From Gekko japonicus (Eukaryota): DNA of 64,000 nt. Under the pieces are notes generated by a model, which did no database searches, was not told the DNA's origin, and saw only the letters and a program-made list of their open reading frames with translations. Shown here piece by piece: positions 24,556-35,559 of the stretch. The position numbers were made by a program, and so were the translations under genes. The stretch spans positions 1,286,366 to 1,350,365 of the forward strand of contig NW_015161410.1 in assembly GCF_001447785.1 (NCBI RefSeq). The letters run 5' to 3'. Every line of letters starts with the position of its first letter. The first letter of the stretch is position 1.

Positions 24556-24952
24556 CAGGGCTTTTTTTTGTAGAAAAAGCCCAGCAGGAACTCATTAGCA
24601 TAATAGGCCACACCCAACAACAGAAACTCATTAGCATATTAGGCCACACCCCTGACAGCACAGCTCAATAGCATATTAGGCCACACCCGCATGTTACCAG
24701 AAGTGTGGTCATCCAGCCACACCCACCTTTTGCTTCTTATTCTGTTTACTTTGTTTATTGTCAAAACCCAGGGCTTTTTTTGTAGCAGGAACTCCTTTGC
24801 ATGTTAGGCCACACACCCCTAATGTAGCCAATCCTAATGAGTTTCTGCTGTTGGGTATGGCCTATTATGCTAATGAGTTCCTGCTGGGCGTGGCCAACTC
24901 GGGAGCCAGCCGGAACTCTGTTCCTGTGCGTTCCTGCCCCAAAATAGCCCTG
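24556..24952. mobile_element. hAT-type MITE with tandem subterminal repeats and an internal second left end
   Basis: TIRs cagggctttttt / aaaatagccctg. Perfect 8-bp TSD gtcctact (24548-24555, 24953-24960). Repeated aactcattagcatattaggccacaccc units. Confidence 0.85.
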
Positions 24953-24999
24953 GTCCTACTGTTTGGGGTTTCTTGCTTTGGGCTTGTAGCGGCATAATG

Positions 25000-25200
25000 C
25001 CAAGGGGAGGGGTGTGGAAAAGCCTCTGCTTTGCATGCAGAAAGTCCTATGTTCAATCCCCAGCATCTCTAGCTAAAAAGAGCAGGCAATAGGTGATATG
25101 AAAGACCTGTGCTTGAGACCCTGGAGAGCCGCTGCCAGTATGAGTAGACAATACTGACTTGGGTGAACCAATGGTCTGTTTCATTATAAGGCATCTTCAC
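25000..25200 (+). mobile_element. tRNA-derived SINE with CR1-like tail (Squam2-like); related copy at ~30297-30475
   Basis: ctgctttgcatgcagaaagtcctatgttcaatccccagcatctc head and aggtgatatgaaagacct…ccctggagagccgctgccagt body, both shared with the 30.3 kb copy. Confidence 0.6.
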
Positions 25201-28200
25201 ACGTATTGCATTGTGAACAATTTCTGTGTGTTTACAGGATGCTCAACCCCATGCATACTCAGTGATTGAGTTCTTATTTAGTGCAAACTGTAGCTTATAG
25301 CTATTGATTCAACAACAATTAGAAGCTGGATTGCACTGCTGATTTGGAAGGAAAACACAGATTGTTGTTTCTCCAAAATTGAAAGTAACTAGTTATGCAA
25401 GGGAAAAAGGAAGCTCATATGCATATACTGGTCTTGTTCAGGTAGCACCAAAACCAGGTTTGGGTCTTAATATCTGCACACACCCCTTCACTTTCTCATT
25501 ATTAGGAAAGACTAAAATTAGACAAGTCTTTAAGAAGCAAAGTACTGATAAAGAATCTTTCTATTTATTGGGTCACGCTGGACACTCTTGTAGGATGCTG
25601 AATTCTGCAGTAGGACTATTCCAGTAGATTAAANNNNNNNNNNNNNNNNNNNNNNNNNNNNNNNNNNNNNNNNNGACTGGCATAACTTTTCATGACAGAG
25701 GGGGGATTTGATCCTGGGACTCCCCAATTGTAGTCTGACATTTTAACCACTACACAATGCTGGCGGAACACATAAAGGTAAATCCTGACCAATATATCTA
25801 TTAAGTTGTGGGTACAGTGGGTCATGCCTTGTATGCAGCTCAGTAACTCATCTTAATGTGGTGCGCATGTAAATAAAAGTGAAAACTGCAGCCAGTAAAC
25901 AAGGGTCAATGTCTGTAGGTTTCCTTACAGCTGATTTGCATGTTACTTGCAGCCAAGGAGGTATTTTAAGGCCTTATTTATACCGATTTATCATGAGTAG
26001 CCACATTAAGGATGGTCAGGAATTGCTTTTGAGAGAAAAAAGACTGGAGCAAAGGGAATGCTCTACTTTGTGGAAGTTCTATTAAAACAATAACATAAAT
26101 AAATGAAGCTAACATTACACAGCAACTTTGCAGCAGTTCCTTTCATTGCACTAACATTGGAGAAGCTGCTGCTGGATCATGTCCAAAGTCAGTCCTGGGA
26201 GGGTTACTGTTAAGCTCTGATTATATGTTTCATATGCGTAAAATAGTTGGTGTTCCTCATTCCAATACAGAATTCAGAGTCCTTCATGAAGTACCTTAAG
26301 CTGTGCACATTTACCTTTCATATTTATGAGTTTTCTTGTACTATTGTTGAGCTCACACTCACTGTGTTATATGCTTTTAACATCTGGATTTACCTGAGGC
26401 AGTTGTGTTTATGGTTGTGTGTGTGATGGGGGGAGAGAGAGGTTAAACACTCAGGATGTTGTTTTCTGACAAGCTTTTTTTTAAAAATAAAAATTAAAAA
26501 TTCCAGCTTTGAAATGGCCAAAAATTGAAATAAGCAATTGCTTGATTCTTAAACACAATTAAATAAATTATAATCCAACCAGATGTTTTCAGGGTTGTTA
26601 CATGCTGAAAATGGGATCCAGTCTCCGATTATGTACTTCAAGGGCTTCTGTCAGTATTAAGGGATTCACTGATCCTTACTTGTTGCTGTGACAAACAAAA
26701 ATCAGAAAATAAAACTTATTCGTTGGGAATATTTTTTATTTTACCTTTCTCCATCATTGGAGTTACGTCAGGTTGCAATTATGATAAAAAGAATATACAA
26801 TGAAATCCATAAAATTAAAAAAAGAATAATTTAAAATTATATGACAGCATGAAAAACCCTCCTGAATAATTCTTCTTTACGTACCTTGCAGAATCTCTAG
26901 TGATAGTGGATGTCTTATAAAATATTGTCTTAATTTGAATGGTGCTTTTCCTCATGTCCCATGCAGAAATCCCAACACGTGTCCCCACCCCCTCTGTTTA
27001 GTCTGCCCACTCACCTATTTCTAGTCATTCCCCCCCCAAAATCCCTAATGCCCCCAACCTCTCATCATTTATCTTCTCTAGATCAGATCTTCACCCTGTC
27101 ATTCTCCATCTACCTTCCACGATCCCCATTTCCCAAATGAGTCCTGGAGGCTCCATTATGTTGGAAATAGCAATTGAACCATTCTCCTTTCTAATCACAC
27201 ATGTTGATTGTTGATTGCTGAGGGAAGTATACTCTGTACATATAGTGAAACACTCTTCCTCAGGTCATATTTTTTGAACTCTTTGGCATTGTAAAAAAAC
27301 CCTTCCTTGTACTGTTTATGAAAGAGAAGCACCCCCCTTAAGGGAATTAATAGTAAATTATTAATGGATGGTGGGGTTTTTTTTTGCTACCAGTGGGTGT
27401 TAGGAGCTAGTGTGGCAAGGGACAGAGTTTTAAGGAGCACCAATGGTTTAGACAGCTCTGAGCCACTACTCATATAGCACTTCTTGGTGCTGTAGAATAA
27501 ATTTGCTGTAAATGTCATTATAGTTGAGGATTTTGGGTTATTGGAAGTCCAAAACCATAATTCTGCCATGTTTACAATGAGAATAAATTACATAAGACAG
27601 CAAATCTTATTTTATTACAGATCTAATAAATCAACCAGGTTTGTTGTATTGAACTTGTGTCAGTAAAAGTTGTACATTTGTTTAAGAGGGGAGACCCTTG
27701 AGTGGTCACCACGGGTGCTGCTGCCATCATGACTTTCTGAACCTAGCATGGTGCCTTCTCCATCTTGTTTCTTTTTTTCTTCCAGCCATTAACCCCAGTT
27801 TATGGTGCTCCATTCCTTTAAGCCCTTCACCAACATGGAGCTTCTTCATGTTGGGGCCATGCAAACTGAGTATCTGCTATTGTTTCTGCCACTTCCTTGG
27901 CACCAGTTTGTAGCTGGAGGAGGAAAGCTTATGGGTGAATCTTCAAACTACTCAGGAGATGCATGTGGTGGTGGAGCCACATTTAGATAGGCCTGACACA
28001 ATGAAACAAGGAGGAAATGTGACTTATGGGGTGTTGGATAGGAACCAGAAGCTCAGAAAGACAAATCTTCAGAAGACTGAAAACGTTCCCTCTCTGGCTA
28101 TTGGAAGCAGCTTCAGTGGCCTGAATCAGTATTTTCCAAATTTTCAGTCAGTAGACTCAAATTGGTGAGATGTTGTGGCAAAATGAGCAGCAGTGTTTTT

Positions 28201-28749
28201 TTTTTTAAACAGCCAAAGAAGGCTTATCTCTTTCCTCTGACCCCAAGTGCTAAGATCAAGTTGCTGCTTGCCATGATGAGGGAAAACAAAGAGGTTGCAC
28301 ATGTATTTTCCTTACAAGAAGTACTGCCAGCTGTATATGATGCTTTTGGTTTTGTGTCATGAGACAGACATTTTTCTAGAATGAGATTGGAGATGCACTG
28401 TACTTTTATACCCAAAGAGATATGCTTCGGGTTATCAGGGATGTGCCATCTTCAGTTTCATGTGGTCTGGTTTGTACACAGATAAGCAATCTGTGTAAAA
28501 ATTATCCTGAGTCTGCAGCATTGCATAATGACATAAATGTCTTGAAGAATCAAAGTTTATCTAGTTTACTTGAGGAGGCTGAAGTTGGTTCCTTATTCGC
28601 ACTTCCTTATTCATTCCTTATTCGTTACTTATTCGTGTAGTCATTCAGAAACACTAGAGAGAGTGAGTTAGAAAGCTCTGAACCCCAAAATAAGGTCTGG
28701 ACCACCACATATCATATACCCCCACATTCACAGGACTCTCCCCTTCGAG

Positions 28750-29214
28750 NNNNNNNNNNNNNNNNNNNNNNNNNNNNNNNNNNNNNNNNNNNNNNNNNNN
28801 NNNNNNNNNNNNNNNNNNNNNNNNNNNNNNNNNNNNNNNNNNNNNNNNNNNNNNNNNNNNNNNNNNNNNNNNNNNNNNNNNNNNNNNNNNNNNNNNNNNN
28901 NNNNNNNNNNNNNNNNNNNNNNNNNNNNNNNNNNNNNNNNNNNNNNNNNNNNNNNNNNNNNNNNNNNNNNNNNNNNNNNNNNNNNNNNNNNNNNNNNNNN
29001 NNNNNNNNNNNNNNNNNNNNNNNNNNNNNNNNNNNNNNNNNNNNNNNNNNNNNNNNNNNNNNNNNNNNNNNNNNNNNNNNNNNNNNNNNNNNNNNNNNNN
29101 NNNNNNNNNNNNNNNNNNNNNNNNNNNNNNNNNNNNNNNNNNNNNNNNNNNNNNNNNNNNNNNNNNNNNNNNNNNNNNNNNNNNNNNNNNNNNNNNNNNN
29201 NNNNNNNNNNNNNN
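28750..29214. other. Assembly gap (other gaps at 25634-25674, 38437-38568 and 62326-62363)
   Basis: Runs of N. Confidence 0.99.
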
Positions 29215-30489
29215 ACCAGCTTCAGTTTGCAGGCTTTCCCCCGAGGCCTGTATTTCAAATTTGAATAAGGAAGTGGCCCCTGCACCGAAAATGAGGTTTG
29301 GACCGCCACACCTCATACACCCCCATATTCACAGGACTCTCCCCTTCGAGCGGACATATGCGGTGTGCTGGTCCAAAGCGCGGTTCTGGTGCCAGCTGCT
29401 CCAACACCAGCTGGTGTTGCAGCTCTGGTGTAAAAGGAGAAGAATATGAATTGACAGTCCCACTGCAAATGGAGTTGTGTAGTTTAACCCTAAATTAACT
29501 TGAACAAATTATTCCAGTTAAAAAGGGAGCACCTGTGGTGTAATGTCATGTTCCTTAAATACTGTCTCTGCTTGATAAGCACAGACGGTTCGACTTCCAG
29601 CCCAGAAAATCTGGTCAACTAGCATAGTAAAGTGCTCTGTTATTAACGCATGCCATTAGCAGAGACTGTAGTGGGCTCAGTGATAGCTTTTGATATCCAA
29701 CACAAGTAAGCTCTAATTTCTTTAACAACACTGTTTTGAGGAATAAATGCATGTATATTTTTAGGATGTTTACGACATGCAGAATGCCAGATATGCTGTT
29801 AGAAACACTGTTACAATAGTGATGATTATTATTTGGTAAGTTGCATAAAGAAAGGAATGTTGCGGGCCAGCATTTCTATCCTTTACTTTTTTAAAAAACT
29901 GCAGAAGACCAAATAATCTTACACAGTATTAATTCAGAATGCACAATGCTGTATTGGCATTTGAAGGTCTTTAATTTTCATCATGATCATTCTTTGATCA
30001 CTTGGGCCATTATCATTAATTTCAGGGAATTAGAGATTCTGCTCTGGTGAGCACTTCACAAATCCTGCATCCACTCCCTTTACTGTTCCTGAATGCTACA
30101 TTATCAGTTGGGTTGTCTAGAGAGACAAGGTATTATACAATATAACAGTAAAAGTTCCCCCCTCTTTCTACTGCATTGTGTATGGAAGGAGGATCCAAGA
30201 GAAAGATTTAATTCATGCAGTTCCTTTTTGTATACCTTTTCTCATTCAGAGCAAATGCTGATCTCCTTTTAGTTGATGATGCCAAGGTTTAAATCTGAGC
30301 TATAGCTCAGAGGTAGGATATCTGTTTTGCACACAGAAGGTCCTATGTTCAGTCCCATGGATCTCTGGTTAAAGGAATTAGGTAGTCAGTGATGTGAAAG
30401 ACCTTTCTTTGAATCCCTGGAGAGCTGTCAACACTCAAGAGTAGTCACTACTCATGTTGGTAGGTCAGTGGTCAAATGTAGTTACTTTC

Positions 30490-31945
30490 TTATTTTATTT
30501 TATTTTTTAAATTATGCCGCCTTTTAAGGCCCCCCAAGGTGGTGAATATAAAAAACATGAGAACACTTGAATAATTAAAATAATTCAGTAAAAACACATA
30601 CACAAGTAACACCATAACCAGGGAGGAGGGCCAATAATTGTTATTGGGCTTTTGCCAAAAGAAACAAGTGTTCACCCACTGGCAGAAGCCACAGGTAGAG
30701 GGAGACAGATGGAATTACCTGGGGAGGGAGTTTCAAATTTTTGGTACCATGACCAAAAAAGGCCCTTTTTTGGGTTGCCACCAATTTAGCCTAAGATGGT
30801 GGGGGCAACCGAATAAGGGCCTCCGAAGATGGCCAGAGTGAATGGGTATGTTCATATGGGAGAAGGTAGTCCTTAAGGTATGTTGGTCCCAGGCCACACA
30901 GGGCTTTTAAGGTCAATACCAGCACCTAGAATTGAGCCCGGAAGTCAGTGGTGGATTAAGGCACACTGGTGCCCCAAGCACTGACCAATCTTGGTGCCCC
31001 CCTCCTTTCCACACTGACCCAGTCCATTCTAGTTGTTGACCTGTCTGACCAGATATACAGTGCAGGTTGCAGGAATACAGAAATTTATTCATATGATAAC
31101 ACAATATACTGTACAAACTAAGCTTTTCACCCTTTCCCCAACTTTGTGGTGCCCCCTTTGGCCCTGGTGCCCTAAGCACGTGCTTAGTCTGCTAAATGGT
31201 TAATCTGCCCCTGCCGGAAGTACATTGGAAGCCGCTGTAGACAGAAGAAGATTGTAGTGATATGGTCCCTATGATCCGCTCCAGTCAACACTCTGGCCAC
31301 AGTATTCTGTACCAACTGTGGTTTCCGGACAGTCTTTAAGGGCACTCCATGTAGAGTTCATAGCAGTTATCTAATTGAGATGTTAGCAGGGCATGCACCA
31401 CAGTGGCAAACTTTTTCTGCCCAGGAAGGGCTGCAGCTGGTTCACCAGCCACAGCTGGTGAAAGGAAACCTTGGCCACCACTGCCACCTGCTTATCCAAC
31501 AGGCCTGGGTCCAGAAGCACCCCCAAGCTATGAAAGTGTTCCTTTAGGGGGAGTACAACCCCATCCAGAACAGGGGATGAATAATTCCCTGGGTCAGACC
31601 TTCCCCCCACCAGTAGCACCTCTGTTTTGTCAGGATTGAATTTCAGTTCTTTAACCCACATCCAAAAATGTCTCCAGGCACCTGTTCATGGTTTCCATGG
31701 CCTCCCTGGGATCTGCTGGTTGCACAAAGAGCTGAGCCTCATCTCTGTGTTGGTGGCAACTCAGCCCAAATCTTTTGGTGACTTCTTCCAGCAGCTTTAC
31801 ACAGAAGTTGAAAAGCATGGGGGAACAAGATCAAACCTTGGGGAAACCCAGAGGCCAAAGGCCAAGGGGAAGAACACCAGTCCCCCCCACTGCATTCTGA
31901 AACATACCCTTGTGTTAGGACTGTAACCACTGCACAACAGTGCCA
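30490..31945 (-). mobile_element. L2-clade LINE 3' fragment (degraded RT and C-terminal region)
   Basis: Remnant peptides GFPQGLIL, LKFNPDKTEVLLVG and LGVLLDPGL, with an (aaaat)n tail at 30490-30510. Confidence 0.75.
30946..31213. mobile_element. hAT-type MITE nested in the L2 fragment
   Basis: TIRs cagtggtggattaa / ttaatctgcccctg. Perfect 8-bp TSD ccggaagt (30938-30945, 31214-31221). Confidence 0.85.
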
Positions 31946-32610
31946 GTCTCAAATGGTGATCACCTCCCTGCCTCTTACTAGAAAGTTGGCAGATGTTTAC
32001 TCAGCTTTTGTTAAAGGCTTTTGTACAGTCAGTCAGTCAGTTTCATAGACTCCTTTATTCTTGGAGCCAAGCTAGAGAATCCAGGAGCATCAGCCTGGTC
32101 CTCTACTAGTGGTAGATAACTGTGCCTTTCTTTACATAACTAATTTTAAGTCGACTTAAATGTAGACTGCCTGCATTGTGAGTTGAGTTTCTGATCCCAA
32201 AATAGTCCTCTTATCACCTTGCTGCAGTTGCAGCTAATCATATCTGATTGACCTGCAATATGTAGTGTTAATTTTAACATGAACCTTGTACTGTCAATCT
32301 ATTTCATTAATTTCACTGATCCCAAAATGTGAAAGCCTTTGAAAACCTAATTTGCTGCCACTACTTTAGTCTACATGTTTCAACGAGAGCTTCTAGAATG
32401 CCTTGACCTTTCTGTATGAAAGAACCACAATAGTATCTACCTACAATCCTGGTCATATTTGCTATAGGAGTTGATGAGTGGGCAGAGTGTGAAAGACTCA
32501 AGACGTAAGAATTGTACCAAAAATTAGAATTGAATTTATTATCAAGGTGTAATCAGAAATGAAATTTTAAGAATAAACGGCAGACCAACTTCTAAAAAAG
32601 TGGTAAAGCA

Positions 32611-35559
32611 TTGTTGTTGTTGTTCAGTCGCACAGTCGAGTCCGACTCTTTGCGACCCCATGGACCAGCTCCCTCCAGGCTCTTCCGGTCTTCCACCATC
32701 CTCTGAAGTTTGCTCAACTTCATGTTCGTTGCATCGATGACACTGTCTAACCATCTCATCCTTTGCCGTCCCCGTCCTCTTTGATCTTCCATCTTTCCCA
32801 GCATCAGGGTCTTCTCCAGTGAGTGCTCCCTTCTCATTTGGTGGCCAAAGTATTTGAGCTTCAGTTCCATTATCTGGCCTTCCAGGGAACAGTCAGGGTT
32901 GATTTCTTTGAGGATTGACTGATTTGTTCTTCTTGCAGTCCAAGGGACTCTCAAGAGTCTCCTCCAGCACCATAGTTCAAAAGAATCTATTCTTCGGCGC
33001 TCGGCCTTCCTTATAGTCCAACTCTCACAGCCATACATGACTACTGGGAATACCATTGCTTTGACCATGCGGACTTTTGTTGGCAGGGTGATGTCTCTAC
33101 TTTTTATCATGCTGTTTAGGTTCGCCATCACTTTCCTCCCAAGGAAATCTTTTAATTTCATGGCTGCTGTCACAGTCTGCGGTGATCTGGGATCCCAGGA
33201 ACGTGAAGTCTGTCACTACTTCCACGACTTCCCCTTCTATTTGCCAAGGAGTGATGGGGCCGGATGCCATGATCTTAGTTTTTTTGATGTTGAGCTTCAA
33301 GCCCACTTTTGCGCTCTCCTCTTTTACCCTGAGCAAGAGGCTCTTTAGGTCCTCTTCACTTTCTGCCATTAGAGTGGTATCGTCTGCATATCTGAGGTTG
33401 TTGATCTTTTCCCCAGCAATCTTAATTCCCGCTTGTGATTCATCCAGGCCAGCATTTCGCATGATGTACTCTGCATATATATTAAATAAGCAAGGCGACA
33501 ATATACATCCTTGTCGTACTCCTTTTCCTATGCTAAACCAATCAGTTGTTCCATATCCGGTTCTAACTGTCGCTTCTTGGCCCTTATACAGGTTTCTCAA
33601 GAGACATGTGAGGTGGTCTGGTACTCCCATCTCTTTAAGGACCTGCCATAGTTTGTTGTGATCCACACAGTCAAAAGCTTTAGCATAGTCAATGAAGCAG
33701 AAGTAGATATTTTTCTGGTACTCTCTTGCTTTCTCCATAATCCAGCGAATGTTGGCAATTTGATCTCTAGTTCCTCTACCTCTTCGAAACCCAGCTTGTA
33801 CTTCTGGTAGTTCTCTATCCACGTACTGTTGAAGCCTAGCTTGTAGGATCTTGAGCATGACCTTGCTAGCGTGTGATATGAGTGCAATTGTGCGATAGTT
33901 TGAACATTCCTTGGCATTGCCCTTCTTTGGGATTGGAATGTATACTGATCTTTTCCAATCCTGTGGCCACTGTTGCGTTTTCCAAATTTGCTGGCAAATG
34001 GAGTGCAGAACTTTAACAGCATCATCTTCTAAGACTTTGAATAGCTCAGCTGGAATACCATCACCTCCACTAGCTTTGTTGTTAGTAATGCTTTCTAAGG
34101 CCCATTTAACTTCACATTCCAGGATGTCTGGCTCGAGGTCAGTGATTATACCGTCGTGGTTGTCAAGGACATCGAGGTCTTTCTTGTATAGTTCTTCTGT
34201 GTATTCTTGCCATCTTTTCCTAATCTCTTCTGCTTCTGTTAGGTCCCTACCGTTTTTGTCCTTTATCATGGCCAGCTTTGCATGGAACGCTCCCTTGATT
34301 TCTCCAATTTTCTTGAAGAGATCTCTAGTCCTTCCCATTCTATTGTTTTCTTCTATTACTTTGCACTGTTCATTCAGGAAGGCCTCCTTATCTCTCCTTG
34401 CTGTTCTCTGGAAATCTGCGTTCAGTTGGGTAAATCTTTCCTTTTCGCCTTTGCCTTTCGCTTTCCTTCTTTCCTCTGCTATTTGTAAAGCCTCATCAGA
34501 AAGCCACTTTGCTTTCTTACATTTCTTTTTCTTTGGGATGGTGGTGATTGCTGCCTCCTGTACGATGTCACGAACCTCTGTCCATAGTTCTTCAGGCACT
34601 CTATCTATCAAATCCAGACCCTTGAATCTATTCTTCACCTCTACTGTATATTCATCAGGGATGCGATCTAGGTCAAACCTGAATGGCCTCGTGGTTTTCC
34701 CAATTTTCTTCAGTTTAAGTCTGAATTTTGCAATGAGTAGCTCATGATCTGAACCACAGTCAGCTCCAGGTCTTGTTTTTACTGACTGGATAGAGCTTCT
34801 CCATCTTTGACTGCAAATTATATAGTCAATCTGATTTCGGTGTTGCCCATCTGGTGATGTCCATGTGTAGAGTCGCCTCTTAGGTTGTTGGAAAAGGGTG
34901 TTCGCTATGACCAGTGTGTTCTCTTGACAAAACTCTGTTAACCTTTGCCCTGCTTCATTTTGCTTTCCAAGGCCAAACTTGTCTGTTATTCCAGTTACCT
35001 TTTGACTTCCTACTTTAGCATTCCAGTCCCCTATGATGATGAGGACATCATTTTTTGGTGTTAGTTCTAGGAGGTGTTGTAGGTCTTCATAGAACCGGTC
35101 CACTTCAGCCTCTTCTGCATCAGTGGTTGGGGCATACACTTGAATTACTGTGATGTTGAATGGTTTGCCTTGGAATCGGACAGAAATCATTCTGTCATTT
35201 TTGAGATTGTATCCCAGTACTGCCTTTTGCACTCTCTTGTTGACTATAAAGGCCACACCATTTTTTCTACGAGATTCCTGGCCACAGTAGTAGATATAAT
35301 GGTCTTCTGAGTTAAATTCGCCCATTCCTGTCCACTTTAGTTCACTGATTCCTAGGATATCGATGTTCAGTCTTGCCATCTCATTTTTGACCACGTCAAG
35401 CTTACCTTGATTCATAGATCTTACATTCCAGGTTCCTATGCAGTATTGTTCTTTGCAGCATCGGACTTTCCTTTCACCATCAGACACATCCACAACTGAG
35501 CGTCCTTTCGGCTTTGGCCCAGCCGCTTCACTCTTTCTGGGGTTACTTGTACTTGTCCT
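32611..35559 (-). mobile_element. RTE-BovB LINE, 5'-truncated but covering endonuclease and reverse transcriptase; one frameshift near 33140
   Basis: ORF 33097-35610 has APE motifs (GTWNVRS, GDWNAK, GSDH) and RT motifs (FIDYAKAFD, GVRQGCILSP, YADD). The C-terminus continues in another frame (GRKVMANL…LKLKYFGH…RWLDS). (CAA)n tail at 32611-32623. Confidence 0.95.

Noticed and set aside
28654-29316. ORFs spanning N runs (also near 38.0-38.7 kb)
   Set aside because: Artefacts of assembly gaps.
33182-34747. Plus-strand ORFs of 159 and 278 aa
   Set aside because: Antisense shadows of the BovB ORF.
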